Positions 1-8,542 of a DNA stretch of 64,000 bases are shown piece by piece. Within the stretch, counting starts at the first letter, position 1, and each line of letters begins with the position of its first letter. Made by a program: the position numbers and the translations under genes. The stretch spans positions 11,625 through 75,624 of the forward strand of contig DAHUXD010000039.1 in assembly GCA_027307335.1 (NCBI GenBank). The letters are read 5' to 3'. The notes beneath the pieces were generated by a model. The model saw only the letters and a list, made by a program, of their open reading frames with translations, had not been told where the DNA came from and ran no database searches. The stretch is from Acidobacteriota bacterium. GTDB lineage: Bacteria > Acidobacteriota > Thermoanaerobaculia > UBA5066 > Gp7-AA6.

Positions 1-1
1 T

Positions 2-67
2 CAATCGCACATCGGCGAGAACGTCGGATCCACCGAGACGCACGTGCTGGTCATCGAACTCAAGTGA
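2..67 (+). CDS. 3' end of an upstream CDS (partial, product unknown); ends ...HIGENVGSTETHVLVIELK*
   Basis: Frame 2 shows strong GC3 bias and ends at TGA 65-67; the other frames look non-coding. Confidence 0.3.
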   Translation, partial: QSHIGENVGSTETHVLVIELK

Positions 68-192
68 TCGCACCGGCACGGGTCGTCCCGGTGCGAAGCG
101 GTCACCACGATGTCCGGCCGGTTGACATGCGCTCGGGTTCGGCTCCTCGCGAGCCGCGGCCGCGCCATCCGTTTGGCGGCGGAAGCCGGCGG

Positions 193-693
193 ATGTGGTT
201 TGGAGGCTGGGCCCTCGTGGCGTTGGCATTGGCCTTCTGCAGCTCCGGGACCCGCGCCGCCGCCGGGACGCCGGCGACGGCACGGCCGGACTCGAGCTTC
301 GGCCGGAGCCTGAGTCTCGCCGTGTCGTTGGGAAGCGCCTTGAGGGCGGGGGACGCGGCGGTGACCGCGAACTTCGCGCTGACGAACACGGGGTCCGCGG
401 TCTTCCACGGGTGCTTCGGGCAGTCGTGGGGCGTCAGCGTGATCGTGGGAGGGCACTACGCCGGCTACGACGTCGGCGTCGACCATCCCCGGTGCGAAGA
501 GAAGTTGACGCTGCTGTCGGGCCAGACGATCGTGTGGTCGAAGAAGGTGCCGCTCAACGAGCTGCGGGAGGGCACGGCGAAAGTGACGGGGTGGGTGAAG
601 GTCATCGATCCGGCCACGTGCGCTCAACGCAGCGGTTGCCGCGAGGTCTCGGTCGCGTCTCCGCTGATGTCGCTGCCGGTCGGGGCGAGATAG
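193..693 (+). CDS. hypothetical secreted protein
   Basis: ATG 193 gives MWFGGWALVALALAFCSSG, a signal-peptide-like N-terminus, in the frame of ORF 64..693; a GGAAG motif lies upstream; no family recognised. Confidence 0.5.
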   Translation: MWFGGWALVALALAFCSSGTRAAAGTPATARPDSSFGRSLSLAVSLGSALRAGDAAVTANFALTNTGSAVFHGCFGQSWGVSVIVGGHYAGYDVGVDHPRCEEKLTLLSGQTIVWSKKVPLNELREGTAKVTGWVKVIDPATCAQRSGCREVSVASPLMSLPVGAR

Positions 694-804
694 ATCGCGC
701 CGCCGCCCGACGGGCGCGCGCGGCGGGCTCGCTGCATGCCGCCGGATCCCCGCCGACCCGCCGCTCGTCCGTCGCGCCGTCCTCCGCCAGAATCCCGGAT
801 GCGC

Positions 805-831
805 TGTCGAATCGGGGCGGATCCGTTCGTC
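805..831 (+). promoter_or_regulatory. candidate ECF-sigma-type promoter (TGTCGA-N17-CGTC) upstream of the yciI-like/ECF sigma operon
   Basis: TGTCGA at 805-810 and CGTC at 828-831 with a 17-nt spacer, about 50 nt upstream of the YciI start. It resembles the -35/-10 architecture I recall for ECF41/42-type sigma factors; recollection only, not verified. Confidence 0.25.
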
Positions 832-879
832 GCACGGGTGAGCGGGCGCCCGGGCGCGCCGCCCACGAGGGAGACCGAG

Positions 880-1212
880 ATGAAATACCTGATTTCCGTG
901 ATCGACGACGGGACCGGCCGGGCCACCCCGACGGAGGAGGCCGACATCGACGCGTTCAACGACCGGCTCCGAGCCGGGGGTCACTGGGTCTTCGCCGGCG
1001 GCCTCGGGTCGCCGGAGCCGGCCACCGTCGTCGACAACCGGCGCGGGAAGGCGGTGATCACCGACGGGCCCTTCCTGGAGTCGAAGGAGTACCTCGCCGG
1101 TCTCTGGATCGTCGAGGCGCCCGATCTCGACGTGGCGCTCGAGCTCGCCGCCGCCGGGTCGAAGGCCTGCCATCGGAAGATCGAGGTGCGGCCGTTTCTG
1201 GGAGCGGCGTGA
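880..1212 (+). CDS. YciI-like (YCII-related/DGPF domain) protein
   Basis: MKYLISVIDDG...DGPFLESKEYLAGLWIVEAPDLDVALELA shows typical YciI/DGPF signatures. Its stop overlaps the GTG start of the sigma gene (GTGA). Confidence 0.8.
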   Translation: MKYLISVIDDGTGRATPTEEADIDAFNDRLRAGGHWVFAGGLGSPEPATVVDNRRGKAVITDGPFLESKEYLAGLWIVEAPDLDVALELAAAGSKACHRKIEVRPFLGAA

Positions 1213-2435
1213 TCGAGGCCGAGGAGGCGGTCGCGCGGGCTCACCGCGAGGAGTGGGCGCGAGTGGTCGCCGCGGTGGCCCGGCGCTTCGGCAGCCTCGA
1301 CATCGCCGAGGAGGCGGCGGCCGAGGCTTTTGCGGCCGCCGTCGCGAGGTGGCCGGCCGACGGCGTCCCCCCCAATCCCGGCGCATGGCTGACCACCACC
1401 GCCCACCACAAGGCCATCGACTGGATCCGGCGCGAGAACAAGCGCGACGACAAGCAGAAGAAGGCGCAGATGTCCTACGACGACGACTCGCCCGAGCCCA
1501 TCGACGCCATCGAAGACGAGCGGCTCCGGCTGATCTTCACCTGCTGCCACCCGGCGCTCTCGATGGAGGCCCGCGTGGCGCTGACCCTGCGCATGGTCGG
1601 CGGCCTGACCGTGCCCGAGATCGCCCGCGCCTTCCTGGTGCAGGAGACCACGATGGGGCAGCGGATCAGCCGCGCGAAGGCGAAGATCCGGCTCGCTCGC
1701 ATTCCCTATCGGACGCCGTCGGCGGAGGAGCTCCCGGGGCGGATCTCGGGAGTGCTCGCCGTCCTCTTCCTCGTCTTCAACGAGGGCTACCTGTCGACCG
1801 GTCCCGACCGCGATCCCATCCGTCCCGGCCTGACCGCCGAGGCGATCCGGCTCGTTCGCCTCATCCGCACCCTCATGCCGGAAGACGGCGAGGTGGCCGG
1901 GCTGCTGGCGCTGATGCTCCTGACCGAGGCGCGCCGGACGGCCCGGGTTTCGGGAAGCGGCGAGCTGGTCCCGCTCGCCGAGCAGGACCGCGGCGCCTGG
2001 AATGCGGCGCTGCTCGCCGAGGGCCATCGGCTGGTGCGAGAGCGCCGGGCCTCCGGCGAGGCGCCGGGCCGCTACCAGATCCTCGCGGCGATCAACGCCG
2101 TGCACACCTCGGCCCGGGATGTCCGGGACACCGACTGGGCGCAGGTTGTCGCCCTCTACGACCGGCTCGTCCGCCTCGACCCTTCGCCGGTCGTCGCCCT
2201 CAACCGGGCCATCGCGGTCGCCGAGCTCGAGGGCCCCGCGGTGGGGCTCGCGGCCGTCGACCGGCTCGAGGACCACCTGTCCGGTTACCACGCCTACCAC
2301 GCCACTCGCGCCGAGCTGCTCCGCCGGCTCGACGCGAATCGCGAGGCGCGCGCGGCCTACGACCGGGCCATCGAGCTCGCGGGCAACGTCGCCGAGACCG
2401 CCTACCTGAGGCGCCGCCGCGACCAGCTGGAGTAG
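1209..2435 (+). CDS. ECF RNA polymerase sigma factor with C-terminal TPR-like extension (ECF42-like)
   Basis: AWLTTTAHHKAIDWIRRENKR matches sigma region 2 and LTVPEIARAFLVQETTMGQRISRAKAKIR matches region 4. The protein is about 409 aa with a long C-terminal extension. A YciI/DGPF partner immediately upstream is the known context for this group. Confidence 0.85.
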   Translation: MIEAEEAVARAHREEWARVVAAVARRFGSLDIAEEAAAEAFAAAVARWPADGVPPNPGAWLTTTAHHKAIDWIRRENKRDDKQKKAQMSYDDDSPEPIDAIEDERLRLIFTCCHPALSMEARVALTLRMVGGLTVPEIARAFLVQETTMGQRISRAKAKIRLARIPYRTPSAEELPGRISGVLAVLFLVFNEGYLSTGPDRDPIRPGLTAEAIRLVRLIRTLMPEDGEVAGLLALMLLTEARRTARVSGSGELVPLAEQDRGAWNAALLAEGHRLVRERRASGEAPGRYQILAAINAVHTSARDVRDTDWAQVVALYDRLVRLDPSPVVALNRAIAVAELEGPAVGLAAVDRLEDHLSGYHAYHATRAELLRRLDANREARAAYDRAIELAGNVAETAYLRRRRDQLE

Positions 2436-2489
2436 TCGACGCGGAGCGAGTCCGTCTGCTTGCGGCCCGGTTGGCGGTAGTCTCTCCGA

Positions 2490-3044
2490 ATGCGCCCGCT
2501 TCGGTATTCGATCAACGTCACGCTGGACGGGTGCTGCGATCATCGCGTCATGATCGCGGACGAGGAGATCCATCGTCACGTGGCCGAGAGCATCGACCGG
2601 GCCGATGCCCTCCTCTTCGGACGGGTGACGTTCGAGATGATGGAGGCGGGGTGGCGGTGGCCGGCGGGGGCGAGGCCCGATGGGGTGGCGCCCTGGATGG
2701 AGCCCTTCGCCCGCACGATCGACGCGAAGAAGAAGTACGTGGTGTCGAGCACTCGGGAACGGGTCGACTGGAACGCGGAGCTCGTGCGCGGGAATCTGGC
2801 GGAGGCCGTGGAACGGCTGAAGCGGGAGCCGGGGAGGGGGCTGCTCACGGGAGGCGTGACGCTCCCGCTGGCGCTGACGGAGCTGGGGCTGATCGACGAG
2901 TACGAGTTCGTCGTGCAGCCCCGGCTGGCGGGGCACGGGCCGACCCTGTTCGCCGGGCTGTCGAAGCGCGTCGACCTGAAGCTCGTGGGCCGGATGGAGT
3001 TCGGCTCGGGAGCGGTCGCGATGCGGTACGAGCCGCGGAGGTAG
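2490..3044 (+). CDS. dihydrofolate reductase-family protein (RibD C-terminal domain-like)
   Basis: MRPLRYSINVTLDGCCDHR...LLFGRVTFEMM...KYVVSSTR follows the typical YwjB/RibD-C pattern. Confidence 0.75.
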   Translation: MRPLRYSINVTLDGCCDHRVMIADEEIHRHVAESIDRADALLFGRVTFEMMEAGWRWPAGARPDGVAPWMEPFARTIDAKKKYVVSSTRERVDWNAELVRGNLAEAVERLKREPGRGLLTGGVTLPLALTELGLIDEYEFVVQPRLAGHGPTLFAGLSKRVDLKLVGRMEFGSGAVAMRYEPRR

Positions 3045-3053
3045 GAGGACGCC

Positions 3054-3440
3054 GTGAAGAGAGTCACCGGAATCGGAGGAGTCTTCTTTCACGCGAAGGA
3101 TCCGGCCGCGCTCGGCGCCTGGTACAAGAAGCATCTCGGCATCGACGTCCAGGGCTGGGGCGGGGCCGCGTTCCGCTGGACGGACGCGGAGGGCAAGCCG
3201 GTCCGGGGGACGACGGCCTGGCTGATCGCGCCCGCCGGCTCCGACCAGTTCGCGCCGAGCCGGTCGCCCTTCATGATCGATTACCGAGTCGACGACCTCG
3301 GCGCGCTTCTCGAGGCGCTTCGCGCCGAAGGCTGCGAGGTGCTCGAGAAAACCGAAGAGTCCGAGTACGGGAAGTTCGGGTGGGTCATGGATCCGGAGGG
3401 CAACAAGATCGAGCTGTGGCAGCCGCCGCCGGGCCAGTGA
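3054..3440 (+). CDS. VOC (glyoxalase/bleomycin-resistance) family protein
   Basis: The N-terminus ITGIGGVFFHAKDPAALGAWYKKHLGI and C-terminus DPEGNKIELWQ are the VOC fold signature. Confidence 0.7.
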   Translation: MKRVTGIGGVFFHAKDPAALGAWYKKHLGIDVQGWGGAAFRWTDAEGKPVRGTTAWLIAPAGSDQFAPSRSPFMIDYRVDDLGALLEALRAEGCEVLEKTEESEYGKFGWVMDPEGNKIELWQPPPGQ

Positions 3441-3445
3441 GTTCC

Positions 3446-4876
3446 ATGCCCGAGGTGGCGGCCGAAACGCTGGAGTCGGACTACCTCGTCGTCGGCGCCG
3501 GGACCGCCGGAATGGCGTTCACCGACGCGCTGCTCGCGCACTCCGACGCGACCGTCACGATCGTCGATCGCCGCCACGCCCCCGGCGGACACTGGGTCGA
3601 CGCCTATCCTTACGTCCGTCTCCATCAGCCGTCCGCGTTCTATGGAGTGAACTCGGTGCCGCTCGGGCGGGACGCCCGCGACGTGGCCGGGACCAACGCG
3701 GGCTACTACGAGCTCGCCGGCGCGGACGAGATCCGCGACTACTTCGCGAAGGTGATGCACGGGCGCTTCCTGCCCACCGGCCGCGTCCGGTACTTCCCGA
3801 GCAGCGAGTATGTCGGCGAGGGCCGCTTCGTCTCGCGGCTCGCGAACGTCTCGCGGACCGTGCGCGCGCGGAAGGTCGTCGACGCGCGGTACGTCGAGGG
3901 CGAGATTCCCGCGACCTCGCCGCCTCCGTTCGAGGTGGCCGCCGGCGTGCGCTGTGTGGCCGCCGGCGGGATCGCCCGAGTGGAGGACCGCCCGGAGCGG
4001 TTCGTCGTCATCGGCGCGGGCAAGACCGCGCTCGACGCGTGCGTCTGGCTCCTCGAGCAGGGCGTTCCCGCATCGGCGATCCGCTGGATCAAGGCGCGCG
4101 AGGCCCGGTGGGTGAACCGGCGTTTTCAGCAGCCGCACGCGCTGCTGCCCGACTTCTATGGCGGCGCGGCGATGCAGATCGAGGCGATGGCCCAGGCGGC
4201 GTCGACCCGGGATCTCTTCGACCGTCTCGAGGCGGAGGAGTACTTCCTGCGCGTCGATCCCGCCGTCGCGCCGACGATGTTTCGCGGGGCCGTGATCAGC
4301 GAGGGCGAGCTGCGGCTCCTCCGTCGCATCGAGGACGTCGTCCGCCTCGGGCACGTGCGCCGGATCGAGCGCGACGAGATCGTGCTCGACGGAGGCCGCG
4401 TGCCGACGAGCGATCGAACCGTGCACGTCCACTGCGCGGCGAGAGGCCTGTCGCGCCCGCCCCTTCGTCCGATCTTCGAGCCCGGACGCGTGACCGTTCA
4501 GCCCTTCCAGTGGGGCTTCGTCTCCTTTCAGTTCGCGCTGCTGGGCTTCCTCGAGGCCACGATCGAGAGCGACGCGGAGAAGAATCGTCTCTGCCAGCCG
4601 ATCGCGTACTGGGACGTGGACACGGACTACCTGACGGCGTTCCGGGCGACGCTCGTCAACCAGCAGGCGTGGGCCGCGCACCCGGCGATCGCGAGCTGGG
4701 CGAGGAGCACACGTCTCAATCCGATGACCGGCGTCGAGCTCCTCCGCGACGACCCGTCCGTCGCCGACTCGCGCGAACGAATCCGGCGCTTCGCGGCCGG
4801 GGCCGTGAGCAATCTCGCGAGGCTCGTCGAGGAGGGCGGCCCCGGACCGGGGCGCGACGGTTCCCGCGAGGCCTGA
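3446..4876 (+). CDS. FAD/NAD(P)-binding oxidoreductase
   Basis: Two dinucleotide-binding motifs are present: YLVVGAGTAGMAF and FVVIGAGKTALDA. The ATG at 3446 is in the frame of the long ORF 1253..4876. Confidence 0.75.
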   Translation: MPEVAAETLESDYLVVGAGTAGMAFTDALLAHSDATVTIVDRRHAPGGHWVDAYPYVRLHQPSAFYGVNSVPLGRDARDVAGTNAGYYELAGADEIRDYFAKVMHGRFLPTGRVRYFPSSEYVGEGRFVSRLANVSRTVRARKVVDARYVEGEIPATSPPPFEVAAGVRCVAAGGIARVEDRPERFVVIGAGKTALDACVWLLEQGVPASAIRWIKAREARWVNRRFQQPHALLPDFYGGAAMQIEAMAQAASTRDLFDRLEAEEYFLRVDPAVAPTMFRGAVISEGELRLLRRIEDVVRLGHVRRIERDEIVLDGGRVPTSDRTVHVHCAARGLSRPPLRPIFEPGRVTVQPFQWGFVSFQFALLGFLEATIESDAEKNRLCQPIAYWDVDTDYLTAFRATLVNQQAWAAHPAIASWARSTRLNPMTGVELLRDDPSVADSRERIRRFAAGAVSNLARLVEEGGPGPGRDGSREA

Positions 4877-5037
4877 CCTCGGCAGGCGCTCGTCGTGCGC
4901 TTTCGAGGACAGGGCGGAATCCTCCCTTCGCGAGCAAGCCTCCTGTCTGGAGTATTTGTGGGAGCTCGGGTTTGGCACCCGCATTGCGATGGAAAGGGCG
5001 CGACCCGCGGCGGAGCTCGCGGGCAGGAGGTCGCAAA

Positions 5038-5391
5038 ATGAAGAGAGCGCTTCGCAGGACGGCGTTGCCAGCCCTCGTCGTCGCGGCGGCCGGGATGTTC
5101 GCGTTCGCGTCGCCGGCGAAGGCCGGCGTGGGCTTCGGGTTCTATGGCCCGGGCGTCTCGGTCTCGATCGGCGTCCCCGGACCGTTCTATCCTGGTTATG
5201 TCGTGCCCGCTCCCCGCGCGGTCTTCTATCGCCCGTATTACGGCTACGGTTTCTGGGCGCCCGCGGGCTTCGGTTACGCGGCGCCGTACTGGGTGCCGGT
5301 GCGGCCGTACCACTCGCGCTGGATCGTGTCGCCCTACGGGCGCTACGCGCGGGGATACGGACGCGCGTACGGACACGGACGCCATTGGTGA
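5038..5391 (+). CDS. small Gly/Tyr/Pro-rich secreted protein (unknown function)
   Basis: A GGAGG motif precedes the ATG. The signal peptide is MKRALRRTALPALVVAAAGMFAFASPAKA. The mature ~90 aa is dominated by G, Y, P and R, and GC3 is strongly coding. Confidence 0.55.
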   Translation: MKRALRRTALPALVVAAAGMFAFASPAKAGVGFGFYGPGVSVSIGVPGPFYPGYVVPAPRAVFYRPYYGYGFWAPAGFGYAAPYWVPVRPYHSRWIVSPYGRYARGYGRAYGHGRHW

Positions 5392-5460
5392 GCGCGCGTC
5401 GGTCCTGAAATCTCGCTTCGCCCCCGACGTCTCGAGGCCGGAGCGTTAGGCTTCGCGGCG

Positions 5461-5964
5461 ATGGGCCGCGTGAAGAGCGAGGGTGGGCGACGACGGGCGC
5501 TCTGGCGCTGCGCGAAATGTGGCCGGCGCTTCGCGAACCGCAACCAGTCCCACTTCTGCCGGTCTCGCCGGCCGCTCCGGAACCACTTCGAGGGCAAACC
5601 GAGCGCCGTCCGGAGACTCTTCGAGCAGGTGCGGGCGGCGGTGGAATCCTGCGGCCCCGTGACGGTCTTGTCGGAGAAGACCCGGATCGCCTTTCACGTC
5701 CGGATGTCGTTCATGGCGATCATGGTTCAGCGGTCGGGGCTCCGAGGTCACTTCGTCTTCGCGTCGGTCCACGAGCACTCGCGCTTTGCCCGGGTGGACA
5801 CCATCTCCCCGCGGAATCACGTCCACCACTTTCGCCTAGCGGGGCCGGGCGACGTCGATGCCACGTTCATCGCGTGGGTGGCCGAGGCGTATTCCGTGGG
5901 GAGGCAGGAGCACCTCTCGAGCCGCGTCGACGCCCGCGGGCCGGGGAAGACTCCCGGAGGCTGA
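5461..5964 (+). CDS. hypothetical protein with N-terminal zinc-ribbon-like motif (DUF5655-like)
   Basis: CAKCG...HFC cysteine/histidine cluster at the N-terminus; the family assignment is from memory. Confidence 0.5.
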   Translation: MGRVKSEGGRRRALWRCAKCGRRFANRNQSHFCRSRRPLRNHFEGKPSAVRRLFEQVRAAVESCGPVTVLSEKTRIAFHVRMSFMAIMVQRSGLRGHFVFASVHEHSRFARVDTISPRNHVHHFRLAGPGDVDATFIAWVAEAYSVGRQEHLSSRVDARGPGKTPGG

Positions 5965-5995
5965 AGATCGGGCGGCGAGGCGCTAAGCTCTGCGC

Positions 5996-6388
5996 GTGGG
6001 CGACGCGCCGCCGGACACCCCCTCGATCGAGTCCGCCGCTCCGCAGTTCCTCGTCGAGAGGCTCGACGTCTCGCTGGCGTTCTACGAGGACCGGCTCGGC
6101 TTCTCCCGCGACTTCGTCTACGAGGGCTTCTACGCCGGCGTGTCCCGCGGTCGAGCGCTCCTCCATCTGAAGTGCGCGCCGAAGCTCGCCGCGGAGCGCG
6201 CGCATCGACGGGCGGGCGACCATCTCGACGCGTATCTCCAGGTCTCCGGGATCGACCGGCTGCACTCGGAGCTCGTCGCTCGCGGCGCCTCCATCGCCAG
6301 GCCCCTCGAGCGGCAACCCTGGGGCACGCGCGATTTCCACGTCGTGGATCCCGACGGCTACATCCTGTGTTTCTCCGAGCGCGAATGA
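5996..6388 (+). CDS. VOC family protein
   Basis: FLVERLDVSLAFYEDRLGF...FHVVDPDGYILCF is a glyoxalase-like fold. Confidence 0.7.
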   Translation: MGDAPPDTPSIESAAPQFLVERLDVSLAFYEDRLGFSRDFVYEGFYAGVSRGRALLHLKCAPKLAAERAHRRAGDHLDAYLQVSGIDRLHSELVARGASIARPLERQPWGTRDFHVVDPDGYILCFSERE

Positions 6389-6753
6389 AGGATCCGAGGG
6401 CTCGGGCGGCGAGCGAGGAGGCGGGAGTGAAAGGGACCGAGCGATTCGAGGCCGTCGTGCTCGAGGGACACAAGGGTCTGGCCTTCGAGCTGCCGTTCAG
6501 CCCGTCCGCGCGATGGGGCATCGAGGAAGAGCGCCTCTGGCCGGGGCGCCGCGGGTACCGCGTGAAGGGGTCGGTGAATCGCGTGCGGTTCGAGAGCGTC
6601 GTCGTGCCGCGGTCGCGGCGCTTCTTCGTGCTCGTCTCGGAAGAGATGAAACGAGCCGGTCGTCTGCGAGCGGGCTCCGCTGTGAAGGTCTCGATCGGAG
6701 CGGCGTCGCGCTCGCGCGGCGAGCGCCGCCCCGAAGCCCTCTCCCGGCGGTAG
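6385..6753 (+). CDS. DUF1905-like hypothetical protein
   Basis: RFEAVVLEGHKGLAFELPF...GSAVKVSI matches DUF1905. The ATGA start/stop overlap with the upstream VOC gene indicates coupling. Confidence 0.6.
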   Translation: MKDPRARAASEEAGVKGTERFEAVVLEGHKGLAFELPFSPSARWGIEEERLWPGRRGYRVKGSVNRVRFESVVVPRSRRFFVLVSEEMKRAGRLRAGSAVKVSIGAASRSRGERRPEALSRR

Positions 6754-6774
6754 AGGGTGGGGTGAGGGGCGACC
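6737..6774. repeat. G-rich hairpin element, copy A (CCCTCTCCC...GAGGGTGGGGTGAGGGGCGACC)
   Basis: It lies immediately after the stop of the DUF1905 gene and is related to copies at 37410-37449 (opposite strand) and 47057-47098. Confidence 0.5.
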
Positions 6775-6789
6775 GGGGGGAGGATTTCC

Positions 6790-7251
6790 ATGACTGACCA
6801 GGCCGAGCGAATCCGCCGTGCCGTCATCGATGCCGGTCTGAGCGCCTACGAGGACGCGGGCGTCCGGGGCCTTTGCGAGGAGGGACGCTGGGAGGCAGCG
6901 GTGGACGCGATGCGATCGCTCGACCTCTCCGCGGACAGGGAGGGCGACCGCGGCGAGATCCACGAGCTCGCGCGATACGAGATCCGGCCGGAGGCGCTGG
7001 AGCAGTGTCTCGCCGCGATCCACGAGTTCGTCGCGTACGTGCGCGCGAGCGAGCCGGGCGCGCTGCGCTACGAGGTGTGGCAGGAGGCCGAGCGCCCGAC
7101 CCGCTTCGTCCACATCTTCGTCTGGAGGGACGAGGAGGCGAACCGGATCCACGGAGAGTCCGCCGCGGTGAAGAAGTTCGCGGGCATCCTGTACCCGAAC
7201 TGTCTCGCGCCCGTCGAGTTTCGCGTCTACCGGCAGATCGATGCGGCCTGA
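6790..7251 (+). CDS. ABM (antibiotic biosynthesis monooxygenase)-like domain protein
   Basis: The C-terminal ~95 aa follow the ABM pattern (EPGALRYEVWQEAERPTRFVHIFVWRDEEANRIHGES). Confidence 0.55.
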   Translation: MTDQAERIRRAVIDAGLSAYEDAGVRGLCEEGRWEAAVDAMRSLDLSADREGDRGEIHELARYEIRPEALEQCLAAIHEFVAYVRASEPGALRYEVWQEAERPTRFVHIFVWRDEEANRIHGESAAVKKFAGILYPNCLAPVEFRVYRQIDAA

Positions 7252-7645
7252 CGCGACGGCGTTCTTGCCGAAAGCGGCGCTGGGCCTCCTCCTGCTCGCT
7301 TCCGGATGCGTCTCGGTCGCGAGACTCACGACGCTCTCGGATCCCGGCTGTCAGCAGAGGCTCACGACGGCGCTCGCCTCCGTGCTGCAGGGCCAGGGCG
7401 AAGCGCCCGAGGAGGCGCAGCGCCTCGCCGGGTCGGCCGTGGAAGCGCTGCGGACCGTCGAGCTCGGCCCGCGGCCGTTTCTCGTGGCGGCTCCGTCGGG
7501 CGTCGACTACTCCTTCTTCGTCGAACGGAAGGGCGCGTCGTGTCTCCTCCGGCTCTATGGACGCCAGAAGGGGTTCGTCTCGTACACGAACGACCTCACC
7601 TACATCGCGACCGAACCTCTCGCGCCGTGCGAGTGCGCGGAATGA
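7241..7645 (+). CDS. hypothetical lipoprotein
   Basis: The signal peptide carries an LASGC lipobox (MRPDATAFLPKAALGLLLLASGC). Confidence 0.55.
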   Translation: MRPDATAFLPKAALGLLLLASGCVSVARLTTLSDPGCQQRLTTALASVLQGQGEAPEEAQRLAGSAVEALRTVELGPRPFLVAAPSGVDYSFFVERKGASCLLRLYGRQKGFVSYTNDLTYIATEPLAPCECAE

Positions 7646-7718
7646 AAGAGCCGGCGACGCTCGAAGCGGCGCGAGCCGCGACGTTCCGGTGCTAACCTTC
7701 CGGCTCCGAGGAACGCCC

Positions 7719-8099
7719 ATGCCCCGTCAGATCGTCGCGACGCCGAACGCCGCCCAATCTCCCGCGACGTACAGCCAGGCCGTGAAGGCCGCCGGGCTCG
7801 TCTTCGTCTCGGGCACCGCGCCGGCCGATCCGGCGACCGGCGCCCTCAAGGGCGCGACGATCCAGGAGCAGACGCGTCAGTGCCTGACCAACGTCGCGGC
7901 GATCCTCGAGGCGGCGGGGAGCTCGATGGACAAGATCGTCAGCGCGACGGTCGTGCTCGCGGACGAGGACGACTTCGCCGGCATGAACGAGGAGTGGCTG
8001 CGCTGGTTTCCGTCGAATCCTCCGGCGCGTCAGGGCGCGAAGCTTCCGGCCCGGATCCCCGGACTGAAGGTCTCGATCGCCGTGATCGCCGAGGCCTGA
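7719..8099 (+). CDS. RidA (YjgF/endoribonuclease L-PSP) family protein
   Basis: AGLVFVSGTAP...TRQCLTNVAAILEAAGSSMDKIV matches RidA motifs. Confidence 0.8.
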   Translation: MPRQIVATPNAAQSPATYSQAVKAAGLVFVSGTAPADPATGALKGATIQEQTRQCLTNVAAILEAAGSSMDKIVSATVVLADEDDFAGMNEEWLRWFPSNPPARQGAKLPARIPGLKVSIAVIAEA

Positions 8100-8118
8100 C
8101 GCGCGCTGGGACGAGCGC

Positions 8119-8526
8119 TTGAAACCGGAGATTCCTCCCGCCGTTCCGGAGATGCCGGTCGGCGACCTCGCCGCCGCGACGAGCTATTACCGCGACCGGC
8201 TGGGATTCGTCCTCGACTGGGGCGGCGAGGAGCTCGGCCTCGCGGGAATCTCGAACGGGCCGTGTCGGATCTTTCTCGCGAGCGTCGGGTATCGCGCGAG
8301 TTACGGCAACGCCGGCCCCTCCCTGATCTGGCTCAATCTGGGAAGCCGGGAGGAGGTGGACGAGCTCCATCGCGCCTGGAGCGCCGCCGGCGCGCGCATC
8401 GTCTCCGCTCCGGAGTCGAAGCCGTGGGGCCTCCACGAGTTCACCGCGGCCGACCTCGATGGCAACCTGCTGCGCGTCTTTCACGACTTCGCGACGCCGG
8501 AGCGGGAGCGGCGAGAAGGCCGATGA
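8119..8526 (+). CDS. VOC family protein
   Basis: VGDLAAATSYYRDRLGFVLDW...DLDGNLLRVF is a glyoxalase-like fold. Confidence 0.7.
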   Translation: MKPEIPPAVPEMPVGDLAAATSYYRDRLGFVLDWGGEELGLAGISNGPCRIFLASVGYRASYGNAGPSLIWLNLGSREEVDELHRAWSAAGARIVSAPESKPWGLHEFTAADLDGNLLRVFHDFATPERERREGR

Positions 8527-8542
8527 AGGAGAGCGCCAGAGG

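Noticed and set aside
981-3134. 717-aa minus-strand ORF opposite the sigma-factor/DHFR genes
   Set aside because: It is antisense to well-supported + strand genes. The translation is an R/P/A/G-rich low-complexity product typical of stop-free antisense frames in ~70% GC DNA, and its codon bias is poor compared with the sense frame.
1253-4876. 1207-aa + strand ORF spanning several genes
   Set aside because: Only the last 476 codons, from ATG 3446, look like a real protein (an FAD/NAD(P)-binding oxidoreductase). The upstream part is an out-of-frame read-through of other genes.
3281-4984. 567-aa minus-strand ORF
   Set aside because: Antisense to the oxidoreductase gene; low-complexity translation.
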